Origin: Alphaproteobacteria bacterium 43-37
GTDB lineage: Bacteria; Pseudomonadota; Alphaproteobacteria; 43-37
Length of the DNA: 64,000 bases
NCBI GenBank assembly: GCA_001897475.1
Contig: MKSY01000016.1
Location: 1,177 to 65,176, forward strand
Direction: 5' to 3'
The stretch's first letter is position 1. Every line of letters begins with the position of its first letter. A program made the translations under genes and the position numbers. Below, piece by piece: positions 1-10,054 of the stretch. Under the pieces are notes generated by a model. The model saw only the letters and a list, made by a program, of their open reading frames with translations. It made no database searches and had not been told where the DNA came from.

Positions 1-579
1 AAGTTCCCAAATAGCGCAAAATGGTTCTTAATTTTCGAATATAAGCCATAACCTCATCGGCTGAGCGCATATCAGGTTCAGAAACAATTTCCATGAGAGC
101 AACACCAGCTCTATTGAGATCAATGAATGATCGAGTCGGACTTTGGTCATGAAAGCTTTTGCCGGCATCTTGCTCAAGATGTAGGCGAATAATGCCGATT
201 CGTTTCGTTGCCCCATCAGATTTATCGATATCTATATAACCATTTCCCACTATTGGATGCAGGAACTGTGAAATTTGATAGCCAGCTGGTAGGTCCGCAT
301 AAAAATAATTTTTGCGATCAAAAATTGACTTAAGATTAATGATGGCATTCAGGCCGAGGCCAGTTTTTACGGCTTGTTCAACGCAAAATTTGTTCAGTGT
401 GGGCAGCATTCCAGGCATGGCTGCATCAATGAAGCTCACTTGCGTATTCGGCTCCGCACCAAATTTTGTAGCGGCTGGTGAAAAAAGTTTAGCATTTGAT
501 ACAATTTGAGCATGGACTTCTACACCAATAACAATTTCCCAAGGGCCTGTTGTGCCCATGTAAAAATCAGACTGAGACA
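1..579 (-). CDS. gatB: Asp-tRNA(Asn)/Glu-tRNA(Gln) amidotransferase subunit B, N-terminal part; gene runs off the window start
   Basis: The minus-strand translation from the ATG at 579 reads [26 protein letters not shown]..., a typical GatB N-terminus. Its start overlaps the gatA stop (580-582). It is absent from the ORF track because no stop lies within the window. Confidence 0.85.
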
Positions 580-2067
580 TTAGACGATCTCCCTGAGTGC
601 TTGAACTGGATCTTTTTCTGCAAAGGTATAAAGTGTTTGGCCAACCTTGAGAAGAAGGCTCTCCTCAAATGCCGGTGCAATAAGTTGCATTCCTAACGGT
701 AAACCTTCAGGTTTGCTTAATCCGAATGGAATAGATATTCCTGGCAATCCAGCTAGATTGGCAATCACTGTATAAATATCGTTCATATACATAGTAACTG
801 GATCTTTTGGCTCCTCACCAAATGTAAAAGCTGGGGTTGGCGCAGAAGGTGTCAAAATAAGGTCAATATCTGTAAACGTTTGTTGAAAATTTTGAATAAT
901 ATGCGTCCGCAATTTTTGGGCTTTGACATAATACGCATCATAAAATCCTGACGATAAAACATGCGTTCCCATAATAATGCGGCGTTTCACTTCAGGCCCA
1001 AATCCTGCTTCGCGTGTTTTCATATATAATTCATCCAAGCTATCGCCTTCTACACGCTGGCCAAATCTTACACCATCGTAGCGAGCCAGATTTGAGGAGG
1101 CTTCAGCTGGAGCAATGATATAGTATGTAGGCAGTGCATATTTGAGCATAGGCAAGGAAATGGGTTTAATTATTGCTCCTACGTCTTGAAGAATCTGAGC
1201 TGCTTTTTCCCATAATTCAAGGACATCGCTTCTCATCCCCTCCATTCGACATTCATTGGGAATGCCAATTTTCAAACCTTTAACAGATCCACCTATCTCA
1301 TCGAGGTAGTTAGGAGTAGGTTTGTTAACAGAAGTTGAATCATGTTCATCAAAGCCTGCCATATGCTGCAGCATAATGGCTGCATCTTCGACAGTCCTCG
1401 TCAACGGGCCCGCTTGATCGAGTGATGATGCGAAAGCAATGATCCCATATCGTGAGCAACGTCCATAAGTTGGTTTAATGCCAACGATGCCGCTAAATGA
1501 AGCGGGCTGGCGTATTGAGCCACCTGTATCTGTTCCGGTAGCCGCAATAGCACTAAATGAAGCAACAGCTGCCGCTGATCCCCCTGACGAACCGCCCGGT
1601 AAGCAGTGCTTGTTAGCAGGTGTTTTCCATGGACTTAATGTCGGGCCGTAAGCACTGGTAATATTGCTAGAACCCATTGCAAATTCATCCAAATTGGTTT
1701 TACCAATTGTGATTGCCCCTGCATCTAATAGCCTTTGTCCAATAGTAGATTCATAAGGAGGGATGAAATTTTCCAATATTTTGGATCCCGCTGTTGTCCG
1801 TACTCCTTTGGTGCAGAATAAATCCTTCATAGCTATTGGAATGCCCTCCAAGGGGCGAGTCTCGCCTTTAGCTATACGCGCATCTGAATCTTTGGCAGCA
1901 TTCAACGCGTGATCCGCCATTTGCGTAATGTAGGCATTCAAGTGATGTGTCGCATCCATTTGTGCAATGTGTGCAGCAACTAGCTCTTGTGCCGTAAAAT
2001 CTTTGTTAATCAATCCTTTTAAAGCATTTTGAAGAGTTAGATAAATCAAATCGCTATTGTTAGGCAT
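580..2067 (-). CDS. gatA: Glu-tRNA(Gln) amidotransferase subunit A (amidase signature family)
   Basis: 495 aa. Amidase signature [12 protein letters not shown] and [12 protein letters not shown], with global similarity to GatA. gatB lies immediately downstream. Confidence 0.95.
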   Translation of the reverse strand: MPNNSDLIYLTLQNALKGLINKDFTAQELVAAHIAQMDATHHLNAYITQMADHALNAAKDSDARIAKGETRPLEGIPIAMKDLFCTKGVRTTAGSKILENFIPPYESTIGQRLLDAGAITIGKTNLDEFAMGSSNITSAYGPTLSPWKTPANKHCLPGGSSGGSAAAVASFSAIAATGTDTGGSIRQPASFSGIVGIKPTYGRCSRYGIIAFASSLDQAGPLTRTVEDAAIMLQHMAGFDEHDSTSVNKPTPNYLDEIGGSVKGLKIGIPNECRMEGMRSDVLELWEKAAQILQDVGAIIKPISLPMLKYALPTYYIIAPAEASSNLARYDGVRFGQRVEGDSLDELYMKTREAGFGPEVKRRIIMGTHVLSSGFYDAYYVKAQKLRTHIIQNFQQTFTDIDLILTPSAPTPAFTFGEEPKDPVTMYMNDIYTVIANLAGLPGISIPFGLSKPEGLPLGMQLIAPAFEESLLLKVGQTLYTFAEKDPVQALREIV

Positions 2068-2166
2068 TTCATCACCCTTTTATCCAAACATTTTATGTCA
2101 TAGATCACTGTTCTTTTGTTCAATAAATTTAAGGCTTTGTCACGTGATTTCTAATACCATTAAAAA

Positions 2167-3063
2167 TTAATGCACAGCCGTGGCTTTTTTTGACTCTAAA
2201 AATGAAATATATAGCCCGCTGCCAACAATAAGGGTCATTCCAATGATGGACATAAATCCTGGAATTTCACCCCAAAATGCAAAGCCTAAAATGATGGACC
2301 ACACGGATGCTGTGTATATCATTGGAGCCGCAACTGCTGTTGGAGCCAAGGCAAAACCTTTGGCCATGAAATATTGCCCAAAACCACCTCCCAGTCCCAT
2401 ACACATAAGTGAAATAAGATCGGATATACTGCTTGGCATTACTCCCCAAAACAACAAGGATATGCCGGCTAAAATGGACGCAACAATACCGAAGAAGAAA
2501 GAAATTTGCTCTGCTGAGACTTTTTCAAGGGTTAATTTTCGCCCTGTTGTCAGTGTGATTGAGTCAATAAAAGCTCCAATTATACATAATAAGGCTACGC
2601 CAGTGAAAACATTTCCGGTTGGGTTTGCAATAAAAAGAATCCCACTGAACCCAGCAAGAATGGCAATCAAGTGTTTTTGCGTAGGGCGTTCCTTTAGGAT
2701 GGGCAAGGCGACTATGACTGAAAATAGCGTTACGCTGAAGCTAATAGCAATCGCGTCCGCCAATGGCATATGGCCGAATGCGTAGAATAAACATGTCAAA
2801 CCGAGTGTGCCAAATGCAGCCCTAAATGTTTGTAATGGAAGTTTTTTAAACTTAAAACCAGAAATCCCTTCCATTTTATAAAGGATAATACCAGTAGGTA
2901 TAAGAGAGAAAAAGAAACGGAAAAAAACAACCTCGTTAACTGGGTAGCGGGCTGCTGTGCCTTTTATAAGAGCATTAACAAGCGAAAATACAAATACCGA
3001 CATCACGACATAGAGCATTCCAACTTGATGTTTAGTAATGTTTAGTCTTTTCATCTGTGGCAT
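2167..3063 (-). CDS. DMT superfamily (EamA-like) inner-membrane transporter
   Basis: 298 aa with about 10 hydrophobic helices in two repeated halves, typical of EamA/RarD-type permeases. Confidence 0.75.
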   Translation of the reverse strand: MPQMKRLNITKHQVGMLYVVMSVFVFSLVNALIKGTAARYPVNEVVFFRFFFSLIPTGIILYKMEGISGFKFKKLPLQTFRAAFGTLGLTCLFYAFGHMPLADAIAISFSVTLFSVIVALPILKERPTQKHLIAILAGFSGILFIANPTGNVFTGVALLCIIGAFIDSITLTTGRKLTLEKVSAEQISFFFGIVASILAGISLLFWGVMPSSISDLISLMCMGLGGGFGQYFMAKGFALAPTAVAAPMIYTASVWSIILGFAFWGEIPGFMSIIGMTLIVGSGLYISFLESKKATAVH

Positions 3064-3151
3064 ACCCCTTATTGCTAGTTGCTAGACTATACAGGTTGTT
3101 ATTTATAAAGGCTATAGCCAGTTTTTTACAAAGATTGTACCACAAATGGCA

Positions 3152-4381
3152 TCAGCCAGCTATGCCTTGGATCAATAAGTTGTAGATCTCCATTGCAATA
3201 ACGATAACGCCGGCAAAAATTATAGCAATGAGGATACTTTTGTTAGCTAATAGAGGGTAAAACAATACAGACTTTTTTTGATGAAAACCAGCTTTAAAAA
3301 ATAAGTATACGGGCAAGAATAATGCTATCACCACAAGAATCATGCCAGCAAATCCAAGTGCCTTGATAAAAGCGCTAGGGATAACCATGGCACAAAGTGT
3401 TGGCGGAATAAACGATAATAAAACCGGTATAATATGAGGCTTATTATTTATTGTATCGCTTGTCTTTTTCCAACTATCAATCAGGCCCATGCCGACCCCA
3501 ATGGCCGATGTGACCATGGAAAACGATGATGCAACCCAAACCAGCGCTTGCAGTATTTTTATATCCAAAATTTGGCTTAAATGAGATACTAATTCTCCGA
3601 TATCAATGCCTTGATGAAGCATGGCGGTATAAGCATCTGGCCTGTATAAACTAATAACTCCCACGACTGAAATAGTCCAAAGAATATAAATGATAGCCGG
3701 AATAAGGCTTCCCCAAAAAACAGCCCTTTTGAGGATAGTTTTATCCTTTTCACAGTAGTCAGTAATAGTATGGAAGATGACTTGAAATCCAAAAGAGGTA
3801 AAAACAACCGGAATACAAGCTGACCAAGTTTCTAAATTCCATGAGTTACCCGTTTCAATAGGTAATTGAGGCAAGTCAACTTTTACTATAAGGGCAACGA
3901 ATAGCAACGCCATCACGCCAATCTTTTTGGTTAAAAGAGTGCGATTAATGTAATCAACTGATGTTATGGAAAACAAGAGGATGGCCATCAAAAACAAACC
4001 AAAGCTAGCCATGGTGACATTAAGCGTTAGATTGAAGCCCACAACTGGCTTAAGCAGCGAAAAGATTGTTGAGCCACCACCGTATATGTAGGCCGCTAAC
4101 AAGGCATAGCAAAGCCCTTTAATGGACAAAAGGCCTATGGCTTCTGTTTTTGGTCCGCTAAATTTTTTAGCTAGAGCCCCTAATGGAAGCCCCGCTCCTG
4201 CTTTTAGATTGAGTTCCAAGCTGACGAGTGAAGAGATATACATGACTGTCCAAACGCCCAACATTAGGATTATACTTGGAATAATTCCCAATTTTGAAAG
4301 TGCCATAGGCAAAGCGATCATTCCAGCGCCTATTGAAGTCCCTGCAACAAGGCACATTGATCCAATCATTCGTTTGTTCAT
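3152..4381 (-). CDS. Aromatic amino acid (tyrosine/tryptophan-type) permease, HAAAP family
   Basis: 409 aa polytopic membrane protein. The N-terminus GSMCLVAGTSIGAGMIALP is typical of TyrP/Mtr transporters. Confidence 0.75.
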   Translation of the reverse strand: MNKRMIGSMCLVAGTSIGAGMIALPMALSKLGIIPSIILMLGVWTVMYISSLVSLELNLKAGAGLPLGALAKKFSGPKTEAIGLLSIKGLCYALLAAYIYGGGSTIFSLLKPVVGFNLTLNVTMASFGLFLMAILLFSITSVDYINRTLLTKKIGVMALLFVALIVKVDLPQLPIETGNSWNLETWSACIPVVFTSFGFQVIFHTITDYCEKDKTILKRAVFWGSLIPAIIYILWTISVVGVISLYRPDAYTAMLHQGIDIGELVSHLSQILDIKILQALVWVASSFSMVTSAIGVGMGLIDSWKKTSDTINNKPHIIPVLLSFIPPTLCAMVIPSAFIKALGFAGMILVVIALFLPVYLFFKAGFHQKKSVLFYPLLANKSILIAIIFAGVIVIAMEIYNLLIQGIAG

Positions 4382-4769
4382 AAAAAGCCCCTTTTGGCAA
4401 ATAATATTTGTTTTAATTTAAAACGGGAATCAAATTCAACAAGCTTTTATCCTGATGCGCATTGAATGTGGTGTAGTGATGACGAGAAAATCATAGTTAG
4501 CAAGAGATAGTTTGATCGCTTTTTGCACAAAGTTAGCTTTTTTGTAAGATAATTAGCTTGCTAAAAAAATGTAATCGTGTAATTTGACCGTGATGAAATA
4601 CAAAAAGATGACGATGACGGCGAAACTTGTTCTCTTCCATATAGTGAAGGGGTCAAGTTTTTTTGTTTAAGCTTTAAGTATTCATCAGGCCCTTTGGGCT
4701 TAAGAGTACGCTTATACCCATTTCTTTGGTATAGGCGTTTTATGAACTTAAATTTTTGGAGTACTACTA

Positions 4770-4979
4770 ATGAAGACCGGCACTGTTAAATGGTTTAATT
4801 CAACTAAAGGTTATGGTTTTATCCAACCAGACCAATCCGGGAGCGACATCTTTGTTCATATTTCTGCCGTACAACGTGCTGGACTGAATAATCTTCAAGA
4901 AGGTCAAAAAGTTAGCTACGAGCTCGTTACCAATAAAGGTCGCGCCTCTGCTGATAACTTGCAGCTTGTGAACGACTAA
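4770..4979 (+). CDS. cspA: Cold-shock protein CspA family
   Basis: 69 aa. Carries [12 protein letters not shown] (RNP1) and VFVHISAV (RNP2). It is preceded by a roughly 390 nt untranslated leader. Confidence 0.95.
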   Translation: MKTGTVKWFNSTKGYGFIQPDQSGSDIFVHISAVQRAGLNNLQEGQKVSYELVTNKGRASADNLQLVND

Positions 4980-5002
4980 AACTATTTTAGTTTTTAAAAG
5001 GT

Positions 5003-5032
5003 GGGGAGCTTTAGCGCTCCCCATTTTTTTTG
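5003..5032 (+). terminator. Rho-independent terminator of cspA
   Basis: GGGGAGC...GCTCCCC stem followed by a T9 run, 24 nt after the cspA stop. Confidence 0.8.
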
Positions 5033-5039
5033 CATAGCA

Positions 5040-5325
5040 AAAAACCTTCACCTGCGGTGGGAGCTGTGACTGCCTCTTTGTCTCACTGTAACCCTCCCCT
5101 TGTCACTCCGCACCCCTTTTGTCTTTCCCGCGCGCCTTCTTTTGTCTTTCCCGCACTTGATGCGGGAACCCAGGCTTTTATATGGCCCCCCGCTTTCGCG
5201 AGGGTGACAAGAAAAAGAGCGAGAATGGCAGGGAAAAGAGCACAAGCGTGACAAGTGGAAAAGAGCGAGAATGGCAGGGAAAAGAGCACAAGCGTGACAA
5301 GTGGAAAAGAGCGAGGATGCACAAC
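5040..5325. repeat. Composite intergenic repeat, same family as 51690-52090. It has short tandem units, a 7-bp stem hairpin, a conserved core (CCCAGGCTTTTATATGGCCCCCCGCTTTCGCGAGGGTGACAAG) and 2.5 copies of a 46-bp tandem unit
   Basis: Direct sequence comparison with 51690-52090 shows a shared core of about 40 nt. The 46-bp unit GTGACAAG(T)GGAAAAGAGCGAGAATGGCAGGGAAAAGAGCACAAGC is repeated. The ORF-track ORFs inside this region are spurious. Confidence 0.85.
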
Positions 5326-5433
5326 TTTCTCAGAACTTAAGCAACTCTTTCCTCATACCTGACGGTGGAAGAAAACTCCAACCGGATAAACCTATATTTT
5401 GTTAGCACTTTAGCAGCCATCCATATTGATAAG

Positions 5434-6333
5434 TTATTTGTTTGGAAATTGCTCGATTTGCTTATAGAGATTATCCGGAAATGTAACATTCGCCCTGGCA
5501 AGCTCGCTGCGTACTTGCTTAAGAGCGCGGCGTAATAAGCCTGATTCACGCAACTTGCTTAAATGCTCTAACACAACATCCGAGTTATATCCGATCCTCT
5601 TTATTGGACCAAAGGTTGTCTCAAGCGTTTGTTCAGAAAAGTATTTCCACTTAGTATGTTGGAAAGCCGTTTCATAATCTCCTCTAACCAAATGACCATC
5701 TTGTGTTACATATAGTGCCCCAAGATCCGCAAACTCCTTCATTCCCACATACATCCACAGCGCGACCTCTTTCTCAATAGGATGTAACACTTTTACATTA
5801 GGCTCCAGTTGCGTTAGATTTGTCACTTCACTGGCTACACCAGCTACAAAACGTTCACCCTTATAACGCCCAAGAATAACACGGCTCTCTCCAATAGGAT
5901 TGAACTCAGCTAACTGGGCAACACAGGAGGCCACAATAGTGGCTAAATCTCGAAATGTTGGCGCTCCTTCTCGATTGAAAACAGCTCGCCATGTCCCGTT
6001 ATTGGGGCCATGAAATAAGGCTCGATCATCTGAAATATAAGTATCCAAAGGGTTGGAAAGCTCTTCACTAAATATGACATTATGCTGCAAAGCATCCAAC
6101 TCCGCCTTAAATTGGCTTTCATATTTTGATAAAAGCGCCTGCCTCACATCATTTGGCAGCATAACTGTTGTTTTATATATTGGTATACTTTGGTTTAGGA
6201 CAGCATGCTGCAACAAAGGAAAATGCTCCTCAAGGCTCACGCTGGTGTCAATTGGTAAACTATGCGCCCGTGCCTGCAGCCAACCAACAGAACATAACAA
6301 TAATAAGGCACCAAATACACGTTGTCTGATCAT
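5434..6333 (-). CDS. Hypothetical exported protein (Sec signal peptide)
   Basis: The ORF is 5434-6360. The preferred start is the ATG at 6333 (MIRQRVFGALLLLCSVGWLQARA/HS, AGGAGG 10 nt upstream). No recognisable family. Confidence 0.6.
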   Translation of the reverse strand: MIRQRVFGALLLLCSVGWLQARAHSLPIDTSVSLEEHFPLLQHAVLNQSIPIYKTTVMLPNDVRQALLSKYESQFKAELDALQHNVIFSEELSNPLDTYISDDRALFHGPNNGTWRAVFNREGAPTFRDLATIVASCVAQLAEFNPIGESRVILGRYKGERFVAGVASEVTNLTQLEPNVKVLHPIEKEVALWMYVGMKEFADLGALYVTQDGHLVRGDYETAFQHTKWKYFSEQTLETTFGPIKRIGYNSDVVLEHLSKLRESGLLRRALKQVRSELARANVTFPDNLYKQIEQFPNK

Positions 6334-6593
6334 CACTCCACACCCTCCTAAAACATCCACGCCAAATATTAAAGCAATTCCAACAAAAATCCAAGCGCAT
6401 TACTGAAGGTGATCGAATCCACAAAAATATGGATTCTTCAACCACAGCTCAATCGTCCGCTTATCCGACAAGCCTTCCGTATTGTGGCATCAACAGGCTG
6501 ACCATGAGCCGAATGGGTTTAAGCCAGATGGTCAAGTTTGGGGCTTTGATTTAGATGGTTTATGTAGCAACATACAAAGCCCACACACAGGCG

Positions 6594-7160
6594 CTACCTA
6601 GCTAAGCTAGGGTCAATCCAACCTATATTCCCGTCCTGACGACGAAATACAACGTTCAATTGCCCATTGGCATTATTCTTAAACATGAGCAGCTGTTGAT
6701 CCGTGATATCCAAGCGCATAATGGCCTCTGAGACTGTCATGGGTAAAATTTTCGTAGCCATCTCTGCTATGACAATTGGATTATTCGTTGAATCATGGTC
6801 AGATTCATCGCCTGAATACACAACTTGTTTAATGGTTGTTTCTTCGATTGATTCAGCTTCAGGCTTGTGATGATCACGCAAACGATTTTTATGGCGACGA
6901 AGTGTTTTGCCTACTTTCTCGACTGTGAGGTCGATGCATACATAAGGGTCATCATCCATTGCATGACAGCGTATAACAATCCCCTTGCCTATATGAATGG
7001 ACATGTCACACCTAAAATGAGATGACTCTTTTGATACAATAACTGTCGCCTCAATTGGATTATGAAAATATTTTTCCGTCGTATTATTCAGACTTTGGCG
7101 AATATAATCTCTTAGTGAATCACCAATATTAAGATTCTTTCCGCTGATTGTTAATTGCAT
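6594..7160 (-). CDS. hpf: Ribosome hibernation promoting factor, long form (HPF / sigma-54 modulation protein)
   Basis: 188 aa. The N-terminus MQLTISGKNLNIGDSLRDYI is typical of YfiA/HPF, and the protein has the C-terminal extension of long HPFs. Confidence 0.9.
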   Translation of the reverse strand: MQLTISGKNLNIGDSLRDYIRQSLNNTTEKYFHNPIEATVIVSKESSHFRCDMSIHIGKGIVIRCHAMDDDPYVCIDLTVEKVGKTLRRHKNRLRDHHKPEAESIEETTIKQVVYSGDESDHDSTNNPIVIAEMATKILPMTVSEAIMRLDITDQQLLMFKNNANGQLNVVFRRQDGNIGWIDPSLAR

Positions 7161-7239
7161 ATTGCACCCATTTAAAACACGTTTCTGTTATAGATCTTAT
7201 TTTAGGGCCTTTAACTTTAGCTCGTCAATGAAGATAGTA

Positions 7240-7275
7240 TAAAAAGGGGAGGATTTCCCCCCCCCCCCTTTTTTA
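7240..7275 (-). terminator. GC hairpin with a C12 homopolymer, followed by a T run. Putative terminator of the patatin-like gene
   Basis: AAAAAGGGGAGGATTTCCCCCCCCCCCCTTTTTT. Read on the minus strand it is G12...CCCC followed by T5. Confidence 0.5.
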
Positions 7276-7281
7276 ATACAC

Positions 7282-8442
7282 TTATGCGACTTTAGTTTTT
7301 TTTACTTTTGAAGCGCCTTGGCTCACAAATTTATGAACGCTGGATCCCTTATGAGAAGCGCCACGTTTTGTGTTTAGCCATGGTGCAGCTTCCATAACTC
7401 TATTCATATCGCTGTAACCATGTGTTGCACGATCAACGATAGAAGTCCTGGAAAACTCACAATCCTTTGATGAGACTTCATAAACAGGAGCGCGATAGAT
7501 GCACTGGACAATATCAAAATCAAAATCTGCAGCAAAACTTTGCAGCTCTTGAACGATTGGATCCTTTTGAGCGCTTGCACCGAGTGATTTAATCAAATGA
7601 TTGACGGCTTTGCGCAGGTTATGCTTCTCAGATGTATGACCAATATGGTGAGCTGTACGTGAAGCATAAAGAATATCTTTGGAGCGTGCAGAAACATCGT
7701 CCATATTCTTTGGCTCTTCACCTTCTGCACTGAACAAATCAATCATAAAGCATAGGGTATGAACTTTAGGATTAATGTTCATAATGCCTTCTAGTGGTGT
7801 GTTGGTAACGCAGCCACCATCCCAATGCATATCGCCATCGATAACCATGGGTGGGAATCCTGGAGGCATTGAACCGCTGGCCATGACATGCTCTGGGCCA
7901 ATTTTGATTTTCTCACTATCGAAGAACACCAATTCACCCGTGCTAACTTTAACGGCGCCTAAAAGGAGTCGTGTAGCATTTCGGTTGATCCGGTCAAAAT
8001 CAACAAAGTTAAGTAATGTTTCACGAAGTGGCGATGTGTCATAATAACTCAAGGCCGGAATAGTTCCCTCTTTTTGAAGCTGAGGAACAGGATTGCGTGG
8101 CTCAAAAAAGTTTGGTTGGCCAAAAATAAATCCCTGCATTGAACTAAATGTATTATGCTTACGACGCATTTCTACGTTCATTGGTAGATCTTCAGCAAAA
8201 TCTGGATAGGAAATTGTTTTCCAAAACTCTTTTAACGCTGAAACGCGATTTTTTGGTTCATTTCCCGCGATAAGAGCGGCTGTGAATGCGCCAATGGAAA
8301 TGCCACTAACAACATCAGGCAAATAACCTGCTTCATCCATAGCTTGGTATGCCCCAATATGGTACGCTCCGAGTGATCCACCACCTTGGCAGGCTAAGGC
8401 GATCCTCTCATAACCGTGGGTTTTTCCACTACCTTTACTCAT
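7282..8442 (-). CDS. Patatin-like phospholipase family protein
   Basis: 386 aa. Oxyanion motif GGGSLGAYHIG and nucleophile motif GISIG (GxSxG), followed later by a DGG motif. Confidence 0.9.
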   Translation of the reverse strand: MSKGSGKTHGYERIALACQGGGSLGAYHIGAYQAMDEAGYLPDVVSGISIGAFTAALIAGNEPKNRVSALKEFWKTISYPDFAEDLPMNVEMRRKHNTFSSMQGFIFGQPNFFEPRNPVPQLQKEGTIPALSYYDTSPLRETLLNFVDFDRINRNATRLLLGAVKVSTGELVFFDSEKIKIGPEHVMASGSMPPGFPPMVIDGDMHWDGGCVTNTPLEGIMNINPKVHTLCFMIDLFSAEGEEPKNMDDVSARSKDILYASRTAHHIGHTSEKHNLRKAVNHLIKSLGASAQKDPIVQELQSFAADFDFDIVQCIYRAPVYEVSSKDCEFSRTSIVDRATHGYSDMNRVMEAAPWLNTKRGASHKGSSVHKFVSQGASKVKKTKVA

Positions 8443-8655
8443 TATGACCTCCCAATCAATATTGTTGTATTTATATAAAATTTATATCCCTAAATTCATA
8501 AAACTCAAAGCCTTAATAGCTTTGCATTGTTAATCCAGTTTTAATGGATACTTTTTAATAAATCGTTAAGTTTTCTTGTAACTTTGTATTGTTTTTGAAA
8601 GGTTTTTTGATGTTTCTGGCAGAAATAATAGCCCACAAGCACAGATCAAACACCT

Positions 8656-9300
8656 CTAATCAACCAGTTTTCTTAGAGCTTTAATCTCTTTGTCTGCATT
8701 CAAAGCGTTATGAATAGCACCAATAACGGCAACGCCATGGGCACCAGCTTTTATAACATCACTTGCTGTCATGGTATTGATACCACCTATGGCAATAATT
8801 GGATGTCTAGAAGATTTGGATGCTAGAGCTAGCCCCTCTATCCCCCAAATTTTGGCCACATCCACTTTATTAGGTGTCGGGAAAATGGCCCCAACACCAA
8901 CGTAATCAATAGGCATTTCATTGGCTCTTTGTATGTGTTCTAGCGCATCAACCGATAAGCCAATAAGCTTACTTGGCCCAAGCATCTTCCGGGCCGTAAA
9001 AACACATCCATCTGATTGACCTAAATGCAGGCCGTCAGCGTTTACTTCAAGAGCAAGATCAATAGAATCATTAACAAATAAAGGAACTGAAAATTCTGAA
9101 ACAACTTCTTTTAGTTTTCTTCCAAACTTGGCCAGATCTTCAAATGGCATATTTTTTTCCCGAAGTTGAATAGAAGTCACGCCAGATTGACAGCACATTC
9201 TAAGCCAATCGAGATACTCTGACTCTTTATGATCCTGCTTTTGGGTTACAAGCATAAGTTTTAAATACTTAAGGTTGTGATAAGTTTTGAAAGGGTTCAT
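8656..9300 (-). CDS. thiE: Thiamine-phosphate synthase
   Basis: 214 aa with global similarity to ThiE. It has the characteristic TIM-barrel motifs and a C-terminal GAxGVAVI motif. Confidence 0.9.
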   Translation of the reverse strand: MNPFKTYHNLKYLKLMLVTQKQDHKESEYLDWLRMCCQSGVTSIQLREKNMPFEDLAKFGRKLKEVVSEFSVPLFVNDSIDLALEVNADGLHLGQSDGCVFTARKMLGPSKLIGLSVDALEHIQRANEMPIDYVGVGAIFPTPNKVDVAKIWGIEGLALASKSSRHPIIAIGGINTMTASDVIKAGAHGVAVIGAIHNALNADKEIKALRKLVD

Positions 9301-9304
9301 AACA

Positions 9305-10054
9305 CTAATTATTTGTTTTAGTTTGCCAGTTAACTGCGGTTAGCAATGGAGCATATAGATCATCCTCCATGGAAATATAAAAAACATCAATTTCTTCGTT
9401 TGTTGGTGGATTCTCACAAAATTTAATTTTTTGTAAATCAGAAATTATTGCCATTGGGGTTTGTTCATTGCCTTCTCCCATGGCAAAAACACTGGCTACA
9501 GACAATGCATCTGCGTAATTTGACATTGTTACGCGGAGCCTTTTACCAAATATGTCTTGCTTATTAATGTAGTTGTAAAGTGGATTAAACCCACACCAAG
9601 CTAAACAAATCCCTATTACGCCTCTTCTTAACGGAATAGTATGGCTATCCGTCACAATAACACCACACGGGGCATCATTGATTCTTTGTCTCAAATGCTG
9701 CCAAACTTGCTTTGCTGCAGCAAAGCAATCATGCGGGTATAAAATATAATGATCATTCCCATTGGATTGATCAATGCCTGCAGATGGAATCAACATACCG
9801 TTTTTAATAGTTAGACAGTGACCATATTTTTCTTGATAATCACCCAATAAATAGGCGTCTGCCTCTTGAATGATGAGCTCTTGTTTACATGGCGCTTGAG
9901 ATACAGGGACAATACGATTTTCACAAATACTAATTATCTTGCTGGTTATAGCTAAAATACTCCCCGGTTGAAAATCTTTGACATAGGAATCAATGAGATT
10001 TTCAAGCGTATCTTCAGGGGTAACAGCATGAGTATGAATAGGTATAACCTGCAT
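9305..10054 (-). CDS. CofE-like protein (F420-0:gamma-glutamyl ligase fold family), function unknown in this lineage
   Basis: Motifs GSILAITSKIISICENR, LIPSAGIDQSN, GVIVTDSHTIPLRRGVIG and MGEGNEQTP align with archaeal CofE. The ORF-track start is 10099; the preferred ATG is at 10054, with AAAGGA 7 nt upstream. Confidence 0.7.
   Translation of the reverse strand: MQVIPIHTHAVTPEDTLENLIDSYVKDFQPGSILAITSKIISICENRIVPVSQAPCKQELIIQEADAYLLGDYQEKYGHCLTIKNGMLIPSAGIDQSNGNDHYILYPHDCFAAAKQVWQHLRQRINDAPCGVIVTDSHTIPLRRGVIGICLAWCGFNPLYNYINKQDIFGKRLRVTMSNYADALSVASVFAMGEGNEQTPMAIISDLQKIKFCENPPTNEEIDVFYISMEDDLYAPLLTAVNWQTKTNN

Noticed and set aside
2180-2785. 201-aa plus-strand ORF
   Set aside because: It is antisense to, and completely inside, the well-supported EamA-type transporter gene. 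It has a low-complexity, Pro/Lys-rich composition and is typical of shadow ORFs. The same applies to 13688-14050 (in holB), 20178-20591 (in ugd), 24287-24640 (in cydA), 26136-26564 (in the carboxyltransferase gene) and 34695-35030 (in pepA).
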